Assembly: GCF_018350175.1 (NCBI RefSeq)
Contig: NC_058368.1
Location: 220,846,001-220,910,000, forward strand
Length of the DNA: 64,000 nt
Direction: 5' to 3'
Origin: Felis catus
Lineage: Eukaryota
Shown: positions 11,248-22,583 of the stretch, one piece after another
Position numbering within the stretch: position 1 is the stretch's first letter
How the letters are laid out: each line of letters starts with the position of its first letter
Translations under genes and position numbers: made by a program
The notes under the pieces: generated by a model
The model's database searches: none
The model's input: only the letters and a program-made list of their open reading frames with translations
What the model was told of the DNA's origin: nothing

Positions 11248-12089
11248 TGTGTTTTGGTGATGATGAGCCTATTGAATGCAATGTTTAAAATATAATTTCT
11301 ATAAGATTTATGTGTCAAGAGACTCAGACCTCAAAACCAGTCCTCTCTGACCTATAAATTTTACCTGGCTTAACCATGTAAAATGGAAGTTATGCATACA
11401 CACACCCAAAGTGAAAACCAAGCTATTTTCAAAAAGCTAGGTGTTTGAATGACAGCCAAAAAGTAGTCAGGCTGACAGATTTCCTGTACTTTAACTGGTA
11501 AAAATGATCTACCCTAGAAGATACTGGTAATATTCACTAACTCATGTCAAATGGTCTTTCACAGTCTTTCATAATCTCGTGGATTATGCAGGTCCAAAAC
11601 AGCAAACTTTCATATTTGAACAGATGATTGACTCTCTCCACTAGATCTATACGAATGAAGACTTTCTTACATAATTACTGTGGTAGACTAGACATATCAT
11701 TCTTCTCTACAATGGTCATATCCACTGGCACTTAAATTCTGTAGTTAGCAGACATTTCAAAATTAACTCCTTAGTGTATCATCAGTGGCATTCAGCTGCT
11801 TTGGTTTCCCAGGTGTGTGCTTTTTGTGTGGGATTCCTTTAATAGTGGGGAACATGAAGCAGTCTAAGACTTGGTGATTAGGTGAGCAGAGTGAACCTAT
11901 ACTTAGCCATTGTTATTATTCATGAGAATAATAAATAAAATGGTTATTCTTTAATTCAAGTTTGATTGCCATGGATCTTATGCACTGTTTTTATTAATGA
12001 CACTTTCTTTTAGTTGTTTTAAGCAAAAAGACAAGCAGAATTACCTTAGTGTTAGTTTTTATAGCATGCATACAAAATATATGCTAATT

Positions 12090-12600
12090 CCTCCCCAGGA
12101 TTCGTGCCTTCAGTTGTCATGTATTTTTAATATCTTTTAATCTGTACCAATTTCTCAGACTTCTTTGGCTTTCATGATCTTGATGCTTGTGAAGCACACA
12201 GGCAAGATATTTGGTAGAATTACCCACAATTCAAGTTTTCCAAATACTTTCTCATAGTTTCAGGTTAAGCATTTTAGGCAGGAATATCATAGAAATGAGG
12301 TTGTACCCTTCTCAGGGCAACATATCAGGAGGAATGTGGTGAAAGTTTGTCCCATTAGTGGTGATCTCCACTTTGATCCTTCATCAACGTGATTAAAGTA
12401 GTCCTTGATTAATTTTTCAATATGGAGTCAGTATTTTCCTTTATATTTAAAAAGTAATTAAGGGGGAGATTACTTGAGATTATATAATATCACATGGTTC
12501 ATTTTTACCCTCTAGGTTCATTGTGTACTTTAGCAATTCATTCTACATTTATTAGAATTCTACTGTAAGGGAAAAACTTTTCTTACATACTTATATTTAT
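12090..12600 (-). mobile_element. ancient L1 (L1MC/ME-type) 3' UTR fragment
   Basis: CAGGTTAAGCATTTTAGGCAGGAATATCATAGAAATGA...TTTGTCCCATTAGTGGTGAT matches the recalled L1MC/ME 3' UTR. Confidence 0.7.
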
Positions 12601-15600
12601 ATCTATGTTTATATTTATATTCATTCTATATCTTAGTCATTGTCTACTCCCAAACACTATGTGTCCTTTGTGGTTCTTAGATACTGTGTTGTGTAAGTAG
12701 AGTTCACTGACTTTTACATGGTAAGTAAATGTAGCGAATATTTAGAAATGAAAAGATCACTCATGATCAGAAACACAATAATAATATTTTATCTAAATTT
12801 GGAACATTTTTAGCCAGTGGCTTACCATTCTTGTGGCATGATTAAATTATGATTTTATGATAACCATTTTCTTTCACATTATTTCACAAATTAATATCAT
12901 AATCCAAATGGGAAGATACAAAAGTGTATTGTTCTTCCCTTTATATTTTGATAACGATAGCTTTGGATCAATTGTGTTATTTGAACTAAAAGAAAATATG
13001 TCATGCAAAAATATATTATCTTGAAAAAATTGTTGACTTGCAGTGTCGGGGAAAATGGTAGAGTAGGAGGACCCTAATCTCACTCTGTCCCCCATTAATA
13101 ACTAGATATTACTCACATGCATGTAAATAAACGGAGAGTGATCCAAAGACTGGAGAGCAAACTGCACAACTAAATGTAGAGAAGAAGCCGCTTCTGAGAG
13201 GTTAGGAAGGGCGGAAAGGTGGTTGGGAACTGCCTGCAGGAGGGAAGGAGCTGCAGGCATGGAGAGAGGAAAGAAATGGTCCCTTGCACCAGGGAGCCCA
13301 CACAGGGAAGACAAATCCCCAAAATGACTGGCTTTGAAAACCAGAGAGGCTGAATTCCCTCAGTTTGTTTAACCAGTGGTATTTGGAGCCTGGAGCTTTA
13401 AAAGTCAGCTGACTCAGCAATGGATGAGCAAGGAGGGCCAGTGAGGGCTGGGTCCTTACCCCGAGAAAGACTGTAGCCTTTGGAGATGAAACACAGAAGC
13501 TAGAGTTTGCACTGTGCATGGGAGGAAGATCTGTTTATACTGATTTTGGAGCATGTTGGGGGACTTCTCCAGGTACAAAGGAGCTGGCAGGTGCCCTTAC
13601 CCCACCCGCGTAAACACAGAGCTACTGGCAGGAGGCAGTCCTGCACAGACACTTGCTACTTAACTTGCTAGCAGGTTCCCTGGCCCCTGTGTTCTCCTGA
13701 GAACTTGCCCATTCCAAGCCTGCTGGCCTGGGCCCTGGCTCAGCACATATTTTGTCCACACAGCACATGCCCTTCTCAGCCACCACACACGCAGACACTG
13801 CCTATCCCTGGCTGAACCTTTGCTTTTGGGGTATGTGGCCTAGGACTTGGGGCTCAGTGCAAATTTTGCAAACACTGTCACCCCAGCCCCTGGCCCTCTA
13901 AGTCATGCCCCTCAGGACTGGCATGCTTGGGTGTCACTAACGCCACAGAGAGTGAGACATCTGAACTGAAAGAAAAAGCGACTCAGACACAGAGCAGGAT
14001 GCAAGCAACACACATAAGAGGCTCCTCTGAAGCTCCAGGTTCCAGGAAACAAGGGACACTGCACTTCAGGGCACCCCAGGACCTCTTCCTCATAAAGCCA
14101 CTACTTTTAAGAGCACAAGACATAGCTAGCTTTCCTAAAATACAGAAGCAGACACTGAGAGGTAGACAAAATGAGGAGACAGAGAAATGTGTCCCAAATG
14201 AAAGCACGAAATCACAGGCCATCTATGCAAAACAGAAGTAAGTAATATACCTTGATACAGAATGTAAAATAATGATCATAAAGAGACTCACTGGACTTCA
14301 GCAAAGGGTGGAGGACATCAGTGAGACCCTTGACAAAGAGATGAAAGATAACATATCAGAGGTGAATAACTCAATAAATGAAATTAAAAAATAGAATAGA
14401 TTAAAATAGATAAAATTCAGTCAAGAGAAGCACATGATAAAAGGATGTAAAATATGATACCAAATATCCAAAAGTTGGAGGCGAGAGTAGTAAAGAATGA
14501 GCTCTATATTAAGTAACCATCAGCGTAATATAGACTGCTATATGCAGAAAATGTTATATGTAAACTGAATAGTAACCACAAATCAAAAAAACAGTAATAG
14601 ATTTGCAAAAGTAAAGAGTAAGGAATCCAAGTATATCACTAAAGAAAACCTGCAAACCATAGAAGAAGGACAAGAAGGGATCAGAGGAAAACTACAAAAA
14701 CAACCACAAAACAAGTAACAAAATGGCAATAAATACATATCTATGAATGATTACTTTGAGTGTAAATGGACTAAATGTACCAATTAAGAGACATAAGATG
14801 ACAGTGGTTAAACAAACAAACAAACAAATAAGACCCATCTATATGCTGCCTACAGGAGTCTCATTGAAGACCTAAAGACACATGCAGATTGAAAGTGAGG
14901 GGACAGAGAAACATTTATCATGCAAATGGATGTCAAAAGAAAGCTGGAGTAGCAATACTTATATTGGTCAAAAGAGACTATGGAGTCTATAAAGAGACAA
15001 AGAAAGACACTATGTAATGAGGGGAATCCAACAAGAAGATATAACAATTACAAATATACATGCACCCAATATGAAAGCACCCAAATAGATAAAACAGTTA
15101 ATAAGCATAAAAGAACTAATCACTAGTAATACAATAAGGGACTTAAACATGCCACTTACATCAATGGACAGACCATCCAAACAGAAAACCAAGGAAACAG
15201 TGGCTTTGAATGACATCCTGGACCGGATGGACTTAAAGCAGATATATTCAGAAAATTCCATCCTAAAACAGTAGAATAAACATTCTTTTTAAGTGCACAC
15301 AGAACATTTACCAGAAATAGATTTCATATTAGGCCACAAAAGAAGCCTCAACAAGTTCAAAATGTTGAAGTCATACCATGCATCTTTTCTGACCACAATG
15401 CCATGAAAGTAGAAATCAAACTCAAGAAAAAATATGGAAAAAGCACAAATACATGGAGGTTAAATAACATGCTATTAAACAATGAATGGGTCAACCAAGA
15501 AATCAAAGAAGAAATTAAAAGGTACGTGGAAATAAACAGAAATGAAAACACAATGGTCCAAAACCTTTGGGATGCAGCAAAAGTCCTTCTAAGGGGGAAG

Positions 15601-15887
15601 TTTATAGCAATACAGGCCTATCTCAAGAAGAAAGAAAAATCTCAAACAGCCTAACCTCACAACTAAAGGATCTAGAAAAAGAACAAAACCCAAAACTCAA
15701 AACCAGTAGAAGGGAAATAATAAAAAAAAAAATAAAAACAAAAATAAAAAAAGGAAATAAATGATATAGAAACTAAAAAACAAACAAAAAAACCAATAAA
15801 ACAGATCAATGAAACCAGGAGCTGGTTCTTTGAAAAGATCAACAAAATTAATAACCCACTAGCCAGACTCCGAAAAAAAGAACACAG

Positions 15888-15890
<3 letters not shown>

Positions 15891-15937
<47 letters not shown>
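15891..15937. repeat. (CA)n microsatellite inside L1 ORF2
   Basis: perfect CA run. Confidence 0.97.
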
Positions 15938-16229
15938 CAAGGACTCATATAGACAATATTGCAAATGAAAGAGGAGAAATACACCACAGAAATACAAATA
16001 ATTATAAGAAAATATTATGAAAAACTATGTGCCAACAAATTAGACAACCTAGAAAAACTGGGTAAATTCCTAGAAACATAACCTACCAAAACTGAAGAAG
16101 GAAAAATAGAAAATTTGAACAGACCAGCAAGGAGATTGGATCACTAATCAAAAAACTCCCAACACACTAAAGTCAAGTACCAACAACTTCACAGGCATAT
16201 TCTACTAAACATTTAAAGAAGAGTTAATC

Positions 16230-16272
16230 GGGGCACCCAGGTGGCTCAATTGGTTAAGTGTGGACTTTGGCT
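16230..16272 (+). mobile_element. CanSINE 5' head only, at an L1 deletion junction
   Basis: GGGGCACCCAGGTGGCTCAATTGGTTAAGTGTGGACTTTGGCT fused to L1 [11 protein letters not shown] codons. Confidence 0.85.
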
Positions 16273-17027
16273 TCAACATAATAAAGGCTACATATGAAAA
16301 ACCAATAGTAAACATCATTCTCAATGGGGAAAACCTGAGAGTTTTTACTCTAAGGTCAGGAACAAGGCAAGAATGTCTACTCTCACCACTTTTATTCAAT
16401 GTAGTACTGGACATCCTAGTCACAGCAATCAGAGGACAAAAAGAAATTAAAGTCATCCAAATTGGTAACAAAGAGGTAAAACTATTTGCAGATGACATGA
16501 TACTATACATAGAAAAGTCTAAATCTCTAAAACTCTAAAACCTCCACCAAAAAACTAGAACTGATACATGATTTCAGTAAAGTTGCAGGGTACAAAGTCA
16601 ATGTGCAGAAATATGTTGCATGTCTATGCAACCGAGTAATAAAGAGTATTTGTTAATGATGAGGCAGCAGAAAGAGAAATTCAGAAAATAATCCCATTTA
16701 TAGTTACACCAGAAATATTCAGATACCTAGGAATAAACCTAACCAGAGAGGTGAAAGATCTACACTTTGAAAACTATAAGACACTATAATAAGCTATAAA
16801 AGAATTGAAGATGATACAAAGAAATGGAAAGATATTCCATGCTCATGGATTTGAAGAACAAATATTGTTAAAATGCCTATACTACCCAAAACAATCTACA
16901 GATATAACGTGATGCCTATCAAAATCACAACAGCATTTTTCACAGAACTAGAACAAAAAATCCTAACATTTATGTGGAACCACAAAAGACCCCAAATAGG
17001 CAAATCAGTTTGAAAAAGAAAACCAAA

Positions 17028-17249
17028 GGGCACCTGGGTGGCTCAGTTGGTTAAGTGCCAACTTAGGCTCAGATCATGATCTCACAGTTTGTGGGTTTGA
17101 GCCCCATGATGGGCTCTGTGCTGACAGTTCAGAGCCTGTAGCCTGCTTCAGATTCTGTGTCTCCCTCTCTCTCTCTGCCCCTCCCCCTGCTCGTGCTCTG
17201 TCTCTATCTCTCAAAAATAAATATATGTTAAAACATTAAAAAAAAAAAA
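17028..17249 (+). mobile_element. CanSINE inserted in L1 ORF2
   Basis: full head, body and tail; L1 sequence resumes at GCAAAGCTGGGGCTATCACA. Confidence 0.95.
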
Positions 17250-17542
17250 GCAAAGCTGGGGCTATCACAATTCTAGACTTCAAGTTATATTACAAAGCTG
17301 TAGTAATCAAAACATTCGGTACTGGCATAAAAAGAGACACACGATCAACAGAATAGAAGAGAAGGTCCAGAAATAAACCCATGATTGTATGGTCACTTAG
17401 TCTTTGACAAAGCAGGGAAAAAAATATCCAGTAGGAAAAAGACAGTCTCTTAAACTGATTGTGTTGGGAAACCTGCCAGCCACATGCAAAAGATTGAAAC
17501 TAGACCACTTCTTACATACACTTACATACTAGACCATTTCTT

Positions 17543-17765
17543 TTTTTTTTTTTTTTTTTTTCAACTTTTTAAATTTATTTTTGGGACAGAGAGAGACAGA
17601 GCATGAATGGGGGAGGGGCAGAGAGAGAGGGAGACACAGAATCGGAAACAGGCTCCAGACTGAGCCATCAGCCCAGAGCCCGACGTGGGGCTCGAACTCA
17701 CGGACCGCGAGATCGTGACCTGGCTGAAGTCGGACGCTTAACCGACTGCGCCACTCAGGCGCCCC
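17543..17765 (-). mobile_element. SINEC_Fc young subfamily inserted in L1 ORF2
   Basis: long poly(T); TSD AGACCATTTCTT; same diagnostic bases as 9331-9557. Confidence 0.97.
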
Positions 17766-19414
17766 AAGACCATTTCTTACATACACAAACTCAAAATGGA
17801 TTTAAAGACTTAAATGTGAGACCAATTTCATGAAAATCCTAGAGAACACAGGCAGGCTCCTCTTTGGCATCAGGTGTAGCAGCTTCTTACTTGATATACA
17901 TCCTGAGGCAATGGAAACAAAAGCAAAAATAAACTATTGGGACTTCATCAAAATCAAAACCTTCTGCATGACGAAGGAAACAATCAACAAAACTAAATGG
18001 CAGTTTATGGAATGGGAAAAGACATTTGCAAATGACCTATCTGATAAAGGATTAGTATCCAAAATATATAAAGAACTTATAAAAGTCAACACCCCCAAAC
18101 CAAATAATCCAAGTAAAAAATGGACAGAAGACATGAATAGACATTTTTCTGAGGAAGACATACAGATGGATAATAGACATATGAAAAGATGCTCAATATC
18201 ATTCATTGGGGAAATACAAATCAAAATACAATGAGATATCACCTCATGCCTGTCAGAATGATGACAAAACAAAGGAACAACAACAACAACAAACAAGAAA
18301 CAAGTTTTGGCAAGGAGGATGTAGAGACAAACCCTTGTGCACAGTTGGTGGGAATGCAAACTGGTACAGCAACTATGGAAAACAGTCTGGAGGTTCCTCA
18401 AAAAGTTAAAAAAAAAAAAAAGAACTACTCTATGATTCAATAATTGCACTACTGGGTATTTTCCCAAAGAATAGAGAAACATTAATTCAAAAGGATATAC
18501 ACACCCCTGTGTTTATTGCAGCATTATTTATAATAGCCAAATTATGGAAGTAGTCCAAATGTCCATTGATAGATGAATGGATAAAGAAGGTGTGGGGGTG
18601 TGTGGGTGCATTTGTGTGCGTGTGTGTGTATACCTATATGTGTGTATACACACACACAATGGAATATTATTCAGCCATAATAAAAAAGTGAAATCTTGCC
18701 AATTGTAATGACATGGAGGGAGCTAGAGAGTATAATACTAAGCAAAATAAGTCAGTCCAAGAAAAACAAATACCATATGACTTCACTCATATGTAGAATT
18801 TTAGAAACAAAACAAATGAGTAAAGGAAAAAAAAGAGAGAGACAAACCAAGAAACATACTCTTAACTATAGAGAACTCACTGATGGTTGTTAGAGCAGAG
18901 TTAGGTGGGAGAATGGGTGAAATGGGTGACGGGGAGTAAGGAGGGCACTTGTGGCAATGAGCACTGAGTGATGCATTACTGTATCACTGTATTGTACACC
19001 TTAAAGCAATATAACACTGTGTTACCTAAACTGGAGGTAAAATGAAATATATCTCACTGGGTTACATAAAGCATAAGGCACATTTTTATCATTTTATAGA
19101 TAAAGAAAGGTCTAGAGAAGCAGTTCTCAAGACTTTTGTTCTTTTAATGAGACATACTTAAGTTATAAGAATGTTCAAATTTTCAACACATTTCAAAAAC
19201 ACATTTTTATATTATTAGGTTGCAACACAGATAAAAAGTCAGTAAGTTGTCAACTCCTGACTATAAAAAAGCACACACATACACAAACAGAAAGTAAAGC
19301 TAAGTTTACTATACTTACAGCAGGAAAGTAGAATAACAATGTGAAGATTCTTATTAGTGCCTTGGAAGTATAGATACAAACATAGATGTTTTTTAATGTT
19401 CTAGCTCTTTGGTG

Positions 19415-19830
19415 TTTGGGGATGTGGGCTTCAGTGGTTTAAAGAAGATATTTACATAGGGAGAAGGAAGTGGTTGCAATTGACTAAAGTTTATAACAAA
19501 CAGTGTGCAGGAAAAAGCATGAATCTTAAAGCAAGTCATTATAACTAAGCTGTTGTTTGAAAAGAAAATTGTTTGCTCAGGTAAGATAACTGATGTGCTA
19601 ATAAAAGACTTGTTTGCCTAGATGGATAAACTCTTTGTCCAGATAAATTTGTTTATAGGAATTTCCTGAAGTAAACAGTACAATTATTAATTTACATCTT
19701 TATCTTTCTAGAAAGGAATGTTCTGGACAAATAATTATGTCAATTTGATACACATGATCTCAATTCTCAATCCTGGTCATTAAGCTATGTATATTCAAGT
19801 GGTCTCATGTCAATATTCAAGGTTATAAAT
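19415..19830. mobile_element. possible ancient LTR relic
   Basis: GATAAATTTGTTTATAGGAATTTCCTGAAGTAAACAGT and surrounding pattern recall old ERV LTRs; family uncertain. Confidence 0.3.
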
Positions 19831-20396
19831 GATTCCCTTGATAACAAATTGATGATATAACTTTCTGCCTCACTCAGGAAATGATATTGGAACCTAGATC
19901 ATTGAGAGTGATGAATAACTCTAATTTTTAACATAAAATGAATTATTCACCAGTGTTATTTTAAATGAAAAGTGCTATTCTATCAAATTATTTATATAAA
20001 AAAAACACAATGATGTAATACTCTTTTTTAAGAACCATTGCCTGAGAAGCAAACCTAAATGCCAGTAAATTTGCATGCTAAAATTGAATTTCCTCTCTTC
20101 TAACACCAAAGGAAAGATCTGTTAGTAAGAATCTATTCCTACAATTATTATTGCTCCTTCTACATAAGAACCATGTACTTAAAAAAAACCTGATTTCCTT
20201 TATATACATATATCAAAATAATTTAGTTTAAACACATGTGCATACGTACTTGCAGGCGCACAGATGCACATAAGAATTGTTGAAGCATAGTCTGGGTTTT
20301 GGAGTTTCAGTATGAGTTTAACCATGGATTAGGTGATTGACTAATTCACTTCTCCGAGAACAGCATTTTTTTCTATCTTTAAAATTAGGGCATTGA

Positions 20397-20607
20397 GGGG
20401 CGCCTGGGTGGCGCAGTCGGTTAAGCGTCTGACTTCAGCCAGGTCACGATCTTGCGGTCCGTGAGTTCGAGCCCCGCGTCAGGCTCTGGGCTGATGGCTC
20501 GGAGCCTGGAGCCTCTTTCCGATTCTGTGACTCCCTCTCTCTCTGCCCCTCCCCCGTTCATGCTCTGTCTCTCTCTGTCCCAAAAATAAATAAACGTTGA
20601 AAAAAAA
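20397..20607 (+). mobile_element. SINEC_Fc young subfamily
   Basis: GGGGCGCCTGGGTGGCGCAGTCGG head; perfect direct repeat TTTAAAATTAGGGCATTGA at 20378-20396 and 20608-20626. Confidence 0.98.
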
Positions 20608-20687
20608 TTTAAAATTAGGGCATTGAAATCTATAATCTTTAAGGTTCCTTTTTTACCCTCATGATTTTATAAGGTAGATTATGCATG

Positions 20688-20689
<2 letters not shown>

Positions 20690-20726
<37 letters not shown>
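20690..20726. repeat. (TG)n microsatellite
   Basis: perfect run. Confidence 0.97.
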
Positions 20727-20728
<2 letters not shown>

Positions 20729-22208
20729 TGTGTTTGAAAAATTTCAAATTCTGGAATTCTGTAGAATATGAGGTAGGACATGGTCACAAAAAAGTTTTGT
20801 TTGCATTTTAACAGCTTTATGGGAAAAAAAACACTCCTTTTCCCTTTGGTGATTTCTTCACATTTTCTAGTTAACTATAAATTTAACATAAGAATAATGC
20901 AGACATTTTTAATGACCAATTAAGGCATCAGTTTTACTGATAGAAGCATTGCTTTTTCTGATGAGCAAAGTCTAGGTGTAGATAAATTGGTTTCCACGAA
21001 TTTCCTCAATCAAAGTGTAACATATTTATTAGTTGCTACACGTGTCTAATGCCAGGTATAAATAGTAAAGCCTATTCTGACTGGTAATGTCATAGGACAT
21101 TTGACAATAAGCTACATAGAATATATTATTGTTTACATTTGTATCATGAACCTCTCTCTAGAACTTCTTAATGTCCAGAATGGAAGATGGATGAATCCAG
21201 AAAAATAGTATTTCCTTGTGTAGTCAAAAGTAGAGAAGCTTTTAGTACAGTGAATCTTTTAAAATGTTTCCTAGGACATTTAGTTCAGTTTGACAAATAT
21301 TTACATAGCACTTAATGTTGTAGATAATAATTCACATGTCATCCCAGAGTCCTGGAGTCCTAGATGGCCTGCCTTGGGATGCCTGTCCTTTATAAAACTA
21401 TGCACCACTTTTCCAGGGAGTTTCAGTTCTTAACTGAAATAAGAAAAATGGGTTGCTTTCAACAATCTTTATAAAGATTTAAGAATGACATATGTGAAAA
21501 ATCTTTTAAAGATGAAATGCTGTGAATATAAAGCCTGGGATATAAATCAAGAAGCAGAATACTTCTTCAATCTTCCTGAGCAAAATGATATCAACCTGGT
21601 GGTCCATTATCTGTGTCACCTGGAGCTTTTTGAGATGGAGACCTGTAAACACACATGATAAGTCTGCAATCTTTAAAAGGTCATTAATTAAGAAATGAGT
21701 AGAAATATTGAGGAGAAGTATGGCAACAAGAGATTATATTTAAGGCATAACAGCATGTTTGAGCTTTTTGTGAAATATAAGAATGCAAACCAAATCACTA
21801 AAGCAACTGATATTTGCATGAATAAAGAAAAGAATTTTGAAAATTTAATTTCTCGTGTGGAACACAATTATTGTCAATCATCGTAAAAATATTGAGTGCC
21901 TTCTGTGTGTTTTGTGGGTCTAGATATTTGTTTTACACACATAGAGGACGATGCTATAATTATATGTCTTGTACATATTGAATTTCAATTACTGAAATGC
22001 AAGAGAGTTTCTACAGTATGTAATTTTTAGATAATGAGATCATTTTGAAAATACAATGTTTTCCTTCTCTGCAAATGATCTAGCAGAATATATGACTTAT
22101 TAATTTATGTTTTCACTCATCTGTTTTTCAGTTAGTTACTTGCTGTTTGTTACTCTTTGTTTTAGGCACTGAGGATATTACAAGATTCCTTTCCCTTGGG
22201 AATCTTAT

Positions 22209-22424
22209 CTTTTTTTAAAAAAATTTTTTGATGTTTATTTTTGACAGAGAAGAGCGAGTGCAAGTGGGGGAGGGACGGAGAGAGAGAGAGACAGAGAATC
22301 CAAAGCAGACTCCAGGCTCCGAGCTGTCAGCACAGAGCCTGATGCGGGGCTTGAACGCATGAACTGTGAGATCATGACCTGAGCCAAAGTCGGATCCTCA
22401 ACCAACTGAGCCACCCAGGCGTCC
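22209..22424 (-). mobile_element. CanSINE (SINEC_Fc-like)
   Basis: body and T tail; TSD GAATCTTA. Confidence 0.93.
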
Positions 22425-22583
22425 TGAATCTTAACATTTATAGTAGATTTTAGAGTTAAGACACTGGGTTGGCTTATCAGCTGTGACACTTCTGCATGTT
22501 TGCATTTCTGAAAAGGATGTGTCAGCTGTCAGTTTTCCAGAGGACCACTGGAAAAATTTTTGATCAAGGCAAAACTGAGTTTA

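Larger units (their letters stand above)
13043..19046 (+). mobile_element. carnivore LINE-1 retaining both ends, decayed, with internal deletions in ORF1 and ORF2
   Basis: 5' UTR begins AAAATGGTAGAGTAGGAGGACCCT; ORF1 start 14171 (MRRQRNVSQMK); ORF2 start 14723; ORF2 peptides [41 protein letters not shown] (16485-16496), WDFIKIKTFC; 3' UTR to ~19046; many stops and frameshifts. Confidence 0.95.

Noticed and set aside
12681..12720. Plus-strand 40-nt exon (ttcttAG ... ATG|GTAAGT)
   Set aside because: Stop codons in all three frames and no supporting neighbours; could only be non-coding or chance.
15403..18482. ORFs with endonuclease, RT (FADD) and C-terminal motifs as a functional reverse transcriptase gene or novel retro-system
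   Set aside because: They are fragments of a decayed L1 ORF2 with stops, frameshifts, a deletion and SINE insertions.
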